A DNA stretch of 64,000 bases from Octopus vulgaris (Eukaryota): positions 73,842,001 through 73,906,000 of the forward strand of contig OX597814.1 of the NCBI GenBank assembly GCA_951406725.2, given 5' to 3'. The notes under the pieces were generated by a model. That model searched no databases. It had not been told where the DNA came from and saw only the letters and a program-made list of their open reading frames with translations. Every line of letters begins with the position of its first letter. Position 1 is the first letter of the stretch. Shown here one piece after another: positions 26,745 through 40,022 of this stretch. The position numbers were made by a program, and so were the translations under genes.

Positions 26745-28412
26745 ATAGATATAACTTAGAATAACGTAGATTGGTTTTGGCCATTATTGGCCCAGGAGAT
26801 GACCTCGAAAAGTGTTTTAATTAATTATTTCGCGACACCATGGACCACTCAAGCAGAGAGTTGTTGATAGCTAAGAAGTATCCAGATGTAGGTGGTTTAT
26901 CCGGTATTTTCTGGAGAAAGTTGTGGGGTTTTTTCTACTTTAATTTATTTCGGAATAACATTGAAAAGGGCAGGACCATTTGCAGTGAAGAAATTGTGTC
27001 GCGATATTCTTATGTGATGTGATCTCGACCTTTTTAGGGGACGCATTGCACGGGAGCCTAGTCTTGTAAATATAATACCAATATCATTTGGATAATATAA
27101 GCTGAATATTTTCTACATGGTGCAAATAATGTATCGCTCAGAGAATAGAGTTTCAGCTGTTTAAGCCGAGCTCAATAATCAAGTCACATCATGCCATTTA
27201 TCTTTTTAGTGATTGATCTTTGTGGCGCCTCGATCCTCATTATATCTTGTTTTTTGTAGGACTACAATGAGCAGCAGTATTCGAGGCGGGCCTGGCGAAT
27301 GTGAAGAAGAGAAGGATGATGCTTTCATGATCCCTAGATTGAAAAGTTCTGAGGATCCATGAGCACATTCTGCGAGCAACATCAACTTTTTTATTCATGT
27401 GCACACTCCAGCTAAGGTTGCTGTTGACAGTTACACCCAAGTCTCTGATATTATCCGACGGTTCAAGAAGGTCTCCCGATGATAGTGTATATGGTTGTTT
27501 CAGTGTGTCCTCTTTTCCAAAGTAGATGAGCTCAAATTTTTTTCATTCAGTTGCATATTGTTTTTTGTTTTGTTTTGTTTTGGGGGGGGATGTGCCCACT
27601 GGGTTACTATGCATAGGTCCGATTGAAGCATCTGAAGCTTAGAGTCATCTGTAAATATGTTAATCGTGCTATGTTCAATGGAATCTGCAATGTCATTGAT
27701 ATAGACAATAAAAATAAGTGGACCCAGCACAGTACCCTGCGGGACTCCGCTGGTGACTTTTACTGGTCTTGAGTGGATGCCATCAATCACAACATGCTGA
27801 GTCCTGTTTCTTAGGAAATACTTAATCTATTGAAGTAGCTTTCCACCGACTCTAGCGTTGGATAGTTTCCTTAACAGTATATTGGGTCACCTCTGTCAAA
27901 GGCCTAGCTGAAATCAATGTATATGACGTTGGCGTTAGAGCCCTCACTTAGACAGTCCCTCCCACCACGAAAGCAATGCTGGTTGCAATTTAGGAGATGA
28001 TTTTGCTCTAGGAAGGCTGTTATTCTTGATCTTAACACTCTCTTAAATATTTTGATGATATGTGAGGTGAGTGAGATTGGACAGTAGTTTATTGGGAGCG
28101 ATTTATTCCCTTTTTTAAAGATAGGAACGACTGACTAGGAGAGAAGGTTTTGAGGGATAAAACTGGCATCCAATGATTTCCTCCAGAGATTTGCTAGAAG
28201 AGCTGCAAGTTGCTGTCTGCATTCCTTCAGCACTCTAGCAGGAAACCTGTCAGGACCCACAGCTGAATCAGATTTGATTTATTTGATTTCTTTTATTGCT
28301 GCTAGTATGTTTGTAGCGTCGAAGGTTATGTCGGAAAGAAGATGCTGAGGGTTCAAAGAAGCAAGGCTGCTTGAGTCAACTGAATCACCGTCACTCAAAA
28401 CAGAGCAGTATT
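26745..28412 (-). mobile_element. Decayed 5'-truncated CR1-group LINE related to the 48.5-53.2 kb element
   Basis: SGVPQGTVLGPL, FTDDSKL, ARRMCSWILRTFQSRD; 3' CCTGGGCCAATAATGGCC motif shared. Confidence 0.9.
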
Positions 28413-28639
28413 AACTTAGCATATATATATAAATAACTGACTAACAACAACAACAAAAACAACCAAGATTCAACTAAAACAAAAAATAAACTCAAATACT
28501 AAGCGAACAAAGATGAACCATCCCACTTCCATTGCGCGCGCACATGCGCACATCCACACGCACACACGCACACACACACACGCGCACACAGACACACATT
28601 CACATACCCCCTTTTAGATACACACATATATTCACACAG

Positions 28640-28657
28640 ATTTGAATATATATATAC

Positions 28658-28690
<33 letters not shown>

Positions 28691-28774
28691 ATAGTTATCG
28701 CCATACTAATATGGCATTCTTATATATATATATATACATATATATATATACATATGTATACACACACACACATA

Positions 28775-28832
<58 letters not shown>

Positions 28833-29002
28833 CAAACATATGTATAAACACACATATGCCTACATACATATGCCAGCGTCCAGAAAAGTTGTATAAACGT
28901 AACAAAAAGTTGCAACACAGAATATGCAATTACAAATCACTCAAAACAGAAAACGAGAAGTACTATATTCGGTGCTCTACCATGGCCATAACAAGGATTA
29001 GG

Positions 29003-29098
<96 letters not shown>
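28640..29098. repeat. (TA)n and (TAGA)n microsatellites
   Basis: Visible. Confidence 0.9.
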
Positions 29099-29099
<1 letters not shown>

Positions 29100-29775
29100 G
29101 CAACAGGTTAAAATGAAGCAAGGGAGATAATTCTTATGGGCTACTCAAGTAGTGTCCCTTGTAATTTCCACCAACTCAACTATTCTTGGTTTCTGAATGT
29201 AAATCTAATTCACCTGTAAGTTTTAGATTGAGAGAGGTAAGACAATAACGATAAATCAAAACTTTTCAATCAAAAACAACAAAAATTGAATACGAAGTTA
29301 AATACTGAAGTATTAAATTGCTTTTAGTTTCTCTGTATAACATGAAAGCATCAAGCTTCTTTAAGTAACAAGATTCTTCTAGTGATCCATACAACATCGT
29401 AGACTTCGGTGTTTTAGGTCTATTGGGATAATTGTTAGAGTGTCGGACAAAATGCCGCTGGTAATTCATTACGACTATTTATAGTATGAATTAAAAACTT
29501 ACCGAGATCAATCTTACTTTTCATCCTTCCAGATCGAAAAAAATAAATAAACTGTTAAGTCAATTCAATGTTCCTCTTTAACATCTTAGATGCAAATGAA
29601 ACCCTAATAAAATAAAGGCTTCAAGCGTTTGTGATATATGTGAGCCTATGAAATGGAAATTAACAAATGAACGTGCACTTGACCTTTCAAATACTAGCAA
29701 TAACAACTATCTGAAACTGTATAATGTATTTTAAGGAATCAGTCGACTATTTTATTTATACACTCAAAAACATAC

Positions 29776-30960
29776 ATGGACACTATGATCCAGGACAATC
29801 CACCAGATTTGAACACTAGTAGGAAATGGAAGGTCACTAGGGCGATGCAGCAGCTTGATGAGATGGCCCAGCATGCTGAAGTGAGTGGAGTGATTATAGA
29901 CGGCAGAACTGATGTGAGGCTTATCAAGAGAGAGCAGTTCTGGTCTGAGTCAAGTGAACAAGAACAGCGAAAGCTACGTGAATAACAAGTAATTCAGCTG
30001 GAAGATGAGAGGCGGCTGGGTCACGCAGCACAACAAGCACAACAGGGTCGGTAGCTGAATTGGGATGATGTCGAAAAGCTGAAGTTGAAGTGGTCTGATT
30101 GTTGGTGGTTCAGTGCAGGGCATTTGAAAGCTCTAATCCAAACTGCGTATGATGTGAATCCGTCAACAAATCTCAAAAAATGGGGTATCCAAGAGAGTCT
30201 ACAGTGCCACTTGTGTGGGAAGTATGACAGCCTCAAACACATATTGTCAGCTTGCCCAAAAGCACTCCAGTCTTGATGATATACATTTAGACATAATTTA
30301 GTGCTAAACTTTGTTACTTCAGTTGCAAGTGAGGGTCAAGTGCCTAAACTGAGCTTGTGCAAGACAGCATTTGTGAAGCAAGATGTGATGCCAAAGAGAC
30401 AGAAACCTCGGCAGGCCGAAGGCAAAAAATGGGAGATGTTCGTGGACAAGCCATTACCTGAAAGCATCGTTGTGTCAGCACTCCGGCCCGACCTAGTGTT
30501 GGTAGATGGTGGTCAGAGATGTGTGGTCTTTGGGGAGCTTACTGTGCTATGGGAGGAGTGCAATGCTGAGGTCCATGAGCGGAAGTTGTTGGGCTATGAA
30601 GAGCTGGTAGCTGAGATTCAGGAGAAGGGTTGCATCTGTGAGCTGATTGCCTTCGAGGTTGGCTGTAAGGGTTTCCCAGCAGTTTCTCTCAGAAGGTTTC
30701 TGAAGGTGGCTGGTATATCTGGTGTGAGGAAGACATTCAAGGAATTTGGGGAGAAAGCAGTTGAGAGTAGTGCTTGGATTACCAGGAGATTTCTGAATGC
30801 ATATAAGGCCTGAGAACTGTCATGAGTCCAGTTGCAACGCAATACGTCCAGCTGTTGTGGGCCCACCGTGTGGAGTGATACTGAGTTTAATGGGCCGAAA
30901 TCTTGTTGAAGCACGGCACTCAGCTGATGATTGCTGGCCCACTCAGTGATTTCTTCTACA
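29776..30960 (+). mobile_element. HERO-like (R2 group, RLE) non-LTR retrotransposon 3' fragment
   Basis: YDV..TNLKKWG..CHLCGK..SLKHILSAC; LRPDLVL..ELTVLWEE..HERK..EVGCKGF; stops. Confidence 0.85.
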
Positions 30961-31044
<84 letters not shown>

Positions 31045-31046
<2 letters not shown>

Positions 31047-31165
31047 AACGGTCATTTTCATAGCATATTTTAATTGCCTCGATAACTGAAGAGATGCTAG
31101 TACAGGTTTCCGCCCCGACAACCGAAACTCGGAGTTTTATTCTGGCAACCGAATAATTATCACAT
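31045..31165 (+). mobile_element. Inverted pLTR copy with hammerhead (31081-31140)
   Basis: ATAA-CTGAAGA-GATG..C-GAAA-CTCGGA-GTT-TTAT; reverse complement of 31318-31436. Confidence 0.8.
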
Positions 31166-31173
31166 ATAATATT

Positions 31174-31269
<96 letters not shown>

Positions 31270-31284
31270 AATTTATATATATAT

Positions 31285-31671
31285 AGGGAGAAGTCACAAA
31301 AAAAAAGACGAAGACAGGTGGTAATTATTCGGTTGCCATAATAAAACTCCGAGTTTCGGGTGTCGGGGCGGAAAACTGTACCAGCATCTCTTCTGTTATC
31401 GAGACAATTAAAATATGCTATGAAAATGACCGTTAAATAAGGGAAAAAACCGAAGGGGAGGAAGTAAAAAGTAAAGGAGTAAGAAAGCAATCGCGTGTGC
31501 GTGCATGTACATACATACACATGCGCGCACGCACAACCACGTACATGTGCCTATATGTATATGCTCACTCAGACTCCTATGAAACACACACATGCGCCAA
31601 ATAGATGCACATATATCTGCAACCATGCATGTACACGTATACAAATCCACAAACACGCACTAACACACACT

Positions 31672-31702
<31 letters not shown>

Positions 31703-33625
31703 ACATACCCATATGCTCACAGTTATATTCAAATACATACGCTCGCACTCACACACATACACACACACACATGCACGTAATCATACGCGCACAGTTATAT
31801 TCAAATGCACGTCTAAAATATATACATGCTATATATGCACATGCTCACTTAGACTCGCGTGAACTCCCACGTATATATGCAACCATACACATGTGCATAT
31901 ACATATACATACATAACCGCACACACACGCGTGCGCACAAAAATTTCATATACACGTCTATATACGCACATGCTCAAGAATAAAGCAGAGTGGAAGGTAA
32001 AATACAGGGGGAAATGTGTAAAAATATATAAAGCAATAAGAATATATGTCGATAAATATGTAAAAGAATATGTAAAAAATAGAAGAAATATATATAAAAA
32101 GTATGGAGAGATAAAAAGCCTGTACGTAGACATAATATAAAAAGCAAGCTCTATCTGTGATCTTGGCGGGACCAATAACGTAAGAAATATTTAGCCATAT
32201 TTGGACATGATCCAAAAAGTTCAGTTCTTGAATTTAGACATGTAGCAGGATCTAAGCTGCTTTTCCAGATGAGCCATCTTTTCATATCACAAAGACCGCA
32301 CTTACCACTGTCGTTGGTGTAAGGCTTACACTTGGCTAAGATCTTCCAATGGATGTTACACCTTTATCTTTTAAGGACCATATGTGACTGGATAATTTGG
32401 TCATTTTCCTTTTATCCCAGTGCCTGAAGCTCAAGATATGATTTTTGAACCGGGCCTTGAAATTTCCTTCCGTAAGGCCCACATATTTCTTTGTCGAAAC
32501 TGTGCCCTTAGTGGTTGTAGAGTCTACAGTGACTTCATAAATGATGGTCTCGGACATGCAAGCCCCATTTAGTGGGCACAAATTTTTATCCCTGCATGAA
32601 CAGCTGGTTTCATTTTGTGGTTTTTGCGTTTTGTGTGCGATTATATTTTTAAAATTAGTAGTTGAGCTGAAATTGATTTTTAAGTTATGTCTATTGAAGA
32701 GCTTTCTGTAACTATGGTTGACTTGAAAATGGCTATCTATCAGTGCTAAGAAATACTTACCTTTATCAAAGATCACTTCGGGGGAGTAGGGAGGTGTGAA
32801 CCAGATGGTTTTCCTATTCTTATGTTTCCTTCTCTTTATTATTGGTCTGGTGAGAGGTGTATAGGTCATTTCTTCACTAAAACCACTATCTTTTAGAGCC
32901 TTATTATATACTGGGGCAGTGCTATTAAAAATGTTCCTATCGGAGCTAATGTTTTTAACAAAATTTATAAACACTATGGGTGGATGGCAGTAACCCACAT
33001 AAATATAACTAAGTCTATCGTTGTGCTTCCTATAAGGTTTATAAATATTCTTATTTAGATCTAAGGATACATCTAGGAAATTGACAACCGTCAGGTTGGT
33101 ATCTGCAGTTGACTGGTTTAAAGCTATTAAGAATAAGAATAAAGCGAGATTTATGCAATTCGATATTGTCGATTTCTATGCCTCTATCTGTAAGGAACTA
33201 CTAGATAAAGCCCTCACCTTCGCGAGCGAATTTGTAGAAATTAGTACACAAGATAATGATATAATCTTCCATGTCAGAAAGACTTTAATGTTCAGTGAGA
33301 ACGCAGAGTGGGTCAAGATTACCGATGCAGAGGGTGCTTTCGATGTGAGCATGGGGTCATATGATGGAGCGGGTACATGCAATCTCATTGGACTATTCCT
33401 ACTCGATAAATTGGCCAAGACTTTTCCTGGCGTATATTTCGCCATTTACAAAGATGATGCCCTAACTTTAACTGCAAATACCAATGGACCAGTACAAGAT
33501 CGGTTTGGGAAGGACATTATCCAAATGATGAAAACTTTCGGTCTTATCATAACTACAGATACCAACCTGACGGTTGTCAATTTCCTGGATGTATCCTTAG
33601 ATCTAAATAAGAATATTTATAAGCC
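31285..33625 (-). mobile_element. Penelope-like element (Naiad-type) with 5' inversion
   Basis: Minus strand: thumb plus GIY-YIG ORF 32336-32998 and pLTR hammerhead 31341-31400. Plus strand 33100-33625: RT core (QFDIVDFYASI, FDVSMGSYDGA, YKDD). Confidence 0.9.
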
Positions 33626-33967
33626 TCATGAGTTTGTGCACAATTAATCTTGTACCATTGCATAATTTTTGTTGAAACAAATTATGTAATAGCATAATAG
33701 GAGTCCATTCTTTCAACTGAAGAACATGAGGGGCTGTACCTGGTGGTTCTAGTGAGTTCAAAAATTCGATGGGGTAGTCTACAACCCAGTCAATTGAGTT
33801 ATAAGCGTATACTTCGCCCGGAAGTTAATTCAATAGCATATTATATATGTTATGTACAGCAACATTTTTTGGAGCCAGGACAGCTCGCTTACAGATCCGA
33901 TTTGTATTGTTGTAATTCTGAAGAAGATTATGAAATATTTCATCCACCATATCATCGACGGAATCAG

Positions 33968-34165
<198 letters not shown>

Positions 34166-35340
34166 AGTGCTTTATATGTGTATGAATAAACTATAATTTT
34201 GAGCCCAAAAATGCTAATCATACGAAAAGCCGAAGAACGAATGAACTTTCATAAGCAAACACCTTTCATCAACCGCCAACTGTAAGTATATTGGCTGAAA
34301 ACAAGGTAAATTTTAGCCGACTCATTCTATAATAAACCTGCACTCAACCGCCCTTCAAATTACTTAAAACAATATATGGTAGTATACATGAAGGTATTGC
34401 AGAATAAATTACTTCCGTGAAATCTTGGGCTTAACATGCATGATTGTAATTTGTCAGGTTTGAGGTATCTAACTTTATGAATTTCATTGTGTCATATTAG
34501 ATTGATAATGCTACGTTTTCGTTTTGTGTATCTGTTCAACGTATGGTTTACAATAGTTGTAGTTGGAAAAGTATTTGATAAGGTTCGTTACTTACTATTG
34601 GAGTGTAGCTATGTTACTTGGTATTGTTAATGTGACAGAAATGTTGCTGTAATTGTTATTAAAGCTGCTGTCTTCTTCTTCCAATCAGGACTCACGCCAT
34701 TAGCCACAAAGAATAATCTCTAATTCGAGCCTACTAGGAATGCGTGTGGCAACTTGAAGATTCACCCACCACATGCGATAGACTGGCGGTTGCACGGGCA
34801 CGAAAGTTACTTTGTTATCCTCATTCCGTAAACGGTGGCTTTTAACGGGTGGAAAGCTGAGCCATCCTGGGGTACAGAGGATTCGCAATCTAGACTAGGG
34901 TCTGAAAGTTTACCACATCATAGTGGGTTACACCATGGTTCCTCTGCTTTGTGACAGAAGTAGGAAGAAAGAGTGAGAGAAAGTTGACTCTACAGCGGGG
35001 TACTTGGGTGGGTCCTCTGAACATTTACTATCTTATCAATCAATCAATCAGTCAATTAATCAGTCAATCAAATATGCAGTCTATAGTCTATTTGGTGATG
35101 AACTCTTTTCATCACCAAATGAAGAAATGTTGCAAGTGTGGCTCATTCCTACCGATATTACCATGGGCGGTGGTCAGATGGGCTTAATTCCCGCTACTGT
35201 CACGCCGAGAATTTCTCATCAGAACACAGTTTGCAAAATTTAGTGAATCTCATCCGTGTTTTCTGAATATCTCAGACACGCTGCAAATGCAATCCCATGC
35301 ATAAAGCTTTGTTTTCTTTTTACAGAAGCTGAATTGTCAG

Positions 35341-35400
<60 letters not shown>

Positions 35401-35777
35401 CCTCACCCCCCCTCTCTCTGTCTCCCCATCCCCCGTTCTCACTCTCTCCCTCCCTCTCTCTCTTTCTTTCCACTTGTCCTGCACAATGTGACGATAATCT
35501 TTTTAAATCTTGTGTTAACAAATACCTTGATTATTGTTGATAATTTCTTTCATTTTATTTTTATCGGTTCTTTTATTACCATTTTATTTTATTGGCTCCT
35601 GTATAATCACCTCATTTACCATATTTTATTGTCATCAGTTCTTTTATGGTTTCTTTCATACCGTCTCAGCATCTTTTAGCTCGTTTATCAATTATTTCAT
35701 TGTCATCTTATTTCTGCTACCATAAATATGCAGGTAAATAGAGTTTTCGTAAATTAATACAACTCCCCTTATTCTGC

Positions 35778-35908
35778 CAAGATCGACTTTGCCTTTCATT
35801 CTTTCGGGGTCGATAAAATAAGTACCAATCTCGCACTTGGGTCGATGAAATCGACTAGGCCCCTCCTCCAAAGTTTCAGGTCTTGTGCCTATTGCAAAAA
35901 AGGATTAA
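35778..35908 (+). mobile_element. SINE with a MetaSINE-like core
   Basis: GCCTTTCATTCTTTCGGGGTCGATAAAATAAGTACC resembles the Meta-core consensus. Confidence 0.65.
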
Positions 35909-36911
35909 TACCACACCCTCTTTTCCGATCACCTTTTGCCTAGAATCGTCTTATGAGACTTTGTTTGGAATGATTTTGTAGTAAGGAAAAAAGACTGAAA
36001 AAAACTGAAGCATACAAACAGTTAGAGTTATCACCCTAATGCTAATGACTAAATTCATTCTTCATGCATTTCGAATTTAATCAATTTTAATTAATTAAAA
36101 TATCGAAATTATCTCCCGTGCCCTTTTTTATCAAAATGTATCATCTGGATAATTGCTTTATTCAGTAAGATGTAAATTTCATTTATTAAAATGTCTTATC
36201 TTCTACGAGTATGTTAGCTTCCACTTTATCATTAATTTATTTATTTATTCATTTTTGCATATACTATTGAGGGATTGCGTTGGAAGCTGTTCGTGTGATT
36301 GGCTGCTCCAGCTATGTAACTTCAGCTGTTTTTTACATGGTATTGTAGTATATATTTTAGGAGATATCGACGGGTTTTTTCTTGAATTATCACAGTGTTT
36401 TTGTTAGTTGCTATAGTTTTGCTGATTTCTGCAAACTTTAGTTCTGTTCTTTTCGAAGTGGTGCCACAGTGCATTTATAAAATTTGTAAAAGTGTTTCTA
36501 TTTTCTTTAATTATGTGTAGTGTTTTATGATAATGATAGGCAAGTAGTCAGATCAGAATTGGAGGAGTAGATGCTATGTAGTTTTGGTAACTAGGTAGAT
36601 TGATAGGAGTAATGTGTGGAGAGTTATAGTGTACTGATCTATATAAATGTGTTAGTGTCAGTTGTTTAAATTTTAATGGGAATGCAGTTGTGTTGCAATA
36701 ATGTTGTTTTATTGCGTTTCGTGTTGCTATTTTCGGTTTTACACATGATGACGTATGTGGGATCACTAATCTGGGATGACCCCAGCACCATCAAGCAAGA
36801 GCATGAAGCAAAAAAAGAAGCAAGTTGCTATTTTGAGAGAAGGAAGAGTTGTTTTAATGCTTATATTTTTGCTTTGTTGTCATGTTTAACAGAAGCTTAT
36901 GGTTCTATGTA

Positions 36912-37137
36912 CGGTGGGGCGCTGAAAAGTTCCTGGCTTTAAGGGTGTTGCGACAGGGCTGGTTGGCAGTCAAAACTTCCGAGTTCTTTCGCATGGCCTA
37001 GAAAACCTGAAGGACCGCTGCAATAAGTGTGTGAATGTGAGAGGAGAATATGTTGAGTGCCTTGAATAAAATCATAATTAACTGATCCGACTGCATTTTC
37101 TTTTACTCAAAGCTAGGAACCTTTCAGCAATCACTCG
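36912..37137 (+). mobile_element. Mariner-derived MITE with TA TSD
   Basis: TA|CGGTGGGGCGCTGAAAAGTTCCTGGCTTT..AAAGCTAGGAACCTTTCAGCAATCACTCG|TA. Confidence 0.8.
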
Positions 37138-37143
37138 TACTAT

Positions 37144-37560
37144 ATGCTTAATTAAATCTCAGAATGAGATTGAAACAGTAATCGCTCGATAATGTAAAGT
37201 ATAGAAGCCATCTTATCATGGCTAACCACATTGGAGAGGGGGTTGTTACTGTAGCTTTATAGCCCCAAGAGATCTTCGTCTCTAGCTGGCTCTAAACACA
37301 ATATCTGTGTCTTTGGAGTATTTGCAAAGAAAGGCCATCCCTTCCTCGCAAGCCTGAGTGATACGCTCGAACTAGTTTCGGGATGTTTGTCCCTCGTCAA
37401 CGGGCGGCAACCACCAGGTAGCGATGAAAGTGAAGGCTCCTTTGCAAACAGATATAAGTTTTTCTAATGGCGTCTGCCACTGATGTCGAAAAACGAACCA
37501 ATCTCATTCTGAGATTTAATTATGCTTACTGTTCGTTTTTCGACATCAGTAGCAGACTGA
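37144..37560 (-). mobile_element. Third copy of the hammerhead-bearing family, flanked by inverted duplications
   Basis: Reverse-complement motif 37364-37406 CGCCCG-TTGACGA-GGGA caaaca TCCC-GAAA-CTA-GTT-CGAGCG; inverted repeats about 37148-37171 / 37500-37523. Confidence 0.65.
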
Positions 37561-38536
37561 TTTTTTTACGTTTTGGATTGTGGCTTCAGGTTTCTTCCAC
37601 ATAGCATGTTGAACCAGGTATTTCTCTATCAGTTTCCTTGTGACAGACTGTTGTTGTTTGAGAGTCTTTTTTGAAATAACTATTTTCTCTTATTTCCTGA
37701 AGTTATATATCTAGTATGCTCGTCTATTACTAATGCGAAAACCTGAAGTTTGAAGGCGATTTTGCTGTTATTTATTTTCGAGACCTCGTAACAAAGCACT
37801 TTAAATGGTCGCATATAAATGGAAGCGAAATGTATGTATATATGCATGTATGTATGTATTTATGTTTTTATGCACGCGTATGTGTTTATGTACATTCACT
37901 TCCCATTTGATTCAGTTCCAGAAAAGTAAAATTTTGAAGCAAAATGCAAATGAATGGCATCCGAAGTATGTGCGTAATATTATATACAAATGCTCGGAAT
38001 AAATATAAAGTTTTACAGACAAACAACGGTTTGTAACATCCACGTTGGATTCAGTTTAACCTACATAATGAAAAGTAGTCAATGAAATAGAGAAGACCAT
38101 AATGATAGAAATTAATGTATTTAATATCAAAATAAAACGGTTTTCTTACAGTTTGTTACATGACGTATGAATATCTCAACAATAGAAATAGCTTGATGTT
38201 GATAAAATATTGAGACCGTGCTTAAGATCTGTCCCAATTTAGTAGAATATTTATCAGAAAAGTAAAAAATTATTTGTTCTGAATACAGTATCGATTTATC
38301 ATCCAAAATAATGTTGAAATATCACAAAGCGCTGTTCGTTTCAGAAGACGTTATCAACGACAGAAATGAGTAAAACATCTCATAAATTTTAGAGATTGTA
38401 TAGGAATGAACTCAGTAATCTAAAACAAAGAAAAGCCTAATAAGGGTCAATGCACATCATAAAATGTCCATCAATTGTTTTCCCTGATTCAGCCTACCGA
38501 ACACAATAGAGTTTTAAAACTAATAATACTTTCATT

Positions 38537-38839
38537 TTATATAAATACTAAATCCATTTCCGATTTGCTTTTATTATTGAATTCTGATTCGGTAGTCGGT
38601 AAATGTTTTTCAAACCTAAAAAGAATTTTCTTTTCCCATTCTTTAGGGATATATGTCGTTAGTTTGCGCTCCAACTGTATTAATTCACGCGGAAAATAAG
38701 CCGGTACTTCTTCACGCCAACTGGATGGCTTTAACCAACGGATCAAGGCAATTAGCGGAATCCCCAAAATGGAAAGAATAATTATGAGTGCTGCCACGAA
38801 TAAGCACCAGCCTGGCCAAATTGATTTCGATAGACTCCC
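38537..38839 (-). CDS. Last coding exon of an SLC6 family (SNF) transporter, B0AT/orphan amino-acid-transporter-like: TM12 and C-terminal tail
   Basis: Acceptor ttttacag|GGG; GSLSKSIWPGWCLFVAALIIILSILGIPLIALIRW...DLVFI*; phase 0 matches the upstream exon. Confidence 0.85.
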   Translation of the reverse strand, partial: GSLSKSIWPGWCLFVAALIIILSILGIPLIALIRWLKPSSWREEVPAYFPRELIQLERKLTTYIPKEWEKKILFRFEKHLPTTESEFNNKSKSEMDLVFI

Positions 38840-39859
38840 CTGTAAAATAAAGCAATTCATTGTATTTGAAAGACTTACAAATTGAAATTTTTACATTCTA
38901 TTCCATTTATTGTCAATACTAAAAGGAAATGATTTTAATATGCATTTTATCTCTTAATATAGTAATTGGGTAAGATGCCTGAAGAACGTCCAAGCGATTA
39001 ACTCCTCAGTGTTTAGCAATATTTAATAATTGTGTTAAACAGTAAATGCCTCAGTTACAAAATAGAAGGACTGGCAGCAATATCATGTATCTGATGAGTT
39101 TATAATTAACAAGCGGTGCTCATTTGAAATTTAAGGGAAATTTACGTATATTCATAAAATAGATATATCCATTAACACTTAACGTCTTGAAAAGTAGCAT
39201 TAGCACTTTCGACACTTTCGATAATCGGTGGTCAATAAAATGAGAATATGGAAATGAAAATTCCATGTTAATTTAAATTTTAAGTTTCTTATGTGTTGCA
39301 AAATTGCCGATGGTTGGAGAATAAATTGCAGAATGTAGGCTGGCTGTCAGAAATAGAGATTTAATAAATATAAATATTTATTTGTATACGGCTCTAATAC
39401 ATAAAATAATAACATTGATGTTTCGTGATCGAACGCCTGGGTTTTACCCAAATCTTAGAAATAAGAGAAATGAAAAGCTTCTCTTGGGAATCAAATTCGG
39501 GATTCAGACTGAGTTCAGCACTGCTTGCGTCCTATTTTGGGTACCCTCATTAATAGATGCACGTCATTAAATACACGCATACCAATCAGATATCTTCCAA
39601 CGAAGAAATATTTTGACCATATTACAGTTGTACCTCTAAATACTAGCGTTTGAGATTGTGATAATGAGGAAATGTAAGCTATCTGTGAGCTCAGTTTGTA
39701 ATTATTTTCTTTGAATTCCCAGTGAAAACAGTTTCACTTATTTAACGCCATTTGTTCCTCTTAGAAAATATTACAAACTTTGTCTAACTCCTCAAATAAG
39801 TCAATAAGTATTAGTTATAACAGTCGTAATATTACAATACACAAGTGGCAATGTCTTAC

Positions 39860-40022
39860 CGTCTCTCTGTGCCAGACATCGTACTCTTTCTCGTCAGTAG
39901 TAAGATTGACAATAAGAATAACAATAAGAAAAATAATAATTGCAGGACAAATGAATTTCCAACAAAACATCAAATAATAATTTGGTCTATGACCCGTCAT
40001 AAGTTCGATGTCATTACTGAAC
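39860..40022 (-). CDS. Penultimate exon of the SLC6 transporter (TM11)
   Basis: ttttgcag|G TTC..ACG|gtaaga; (R)FSNDIELMTGHRPNYYLMFCWKFICP..YDVW fits the SLC6 pattern RFxxDIxxMxGxxP..CW. Confidence 0.9.

Noticed and set aside
30870-30950. GAAA and CTGATGA in the HERO 3'UTR suggesting a hammerhead
   Set aside because: Stem II is out of register by 5 nt and there is no proper stem III/NUH geometry; probably a structured 3'UTR
35090-35120. Perfect 13-bp hairpin ATTTGGTGATGAA/TTCATCACCAAAT
   Set aside because: Isolated and short, with no supporting context
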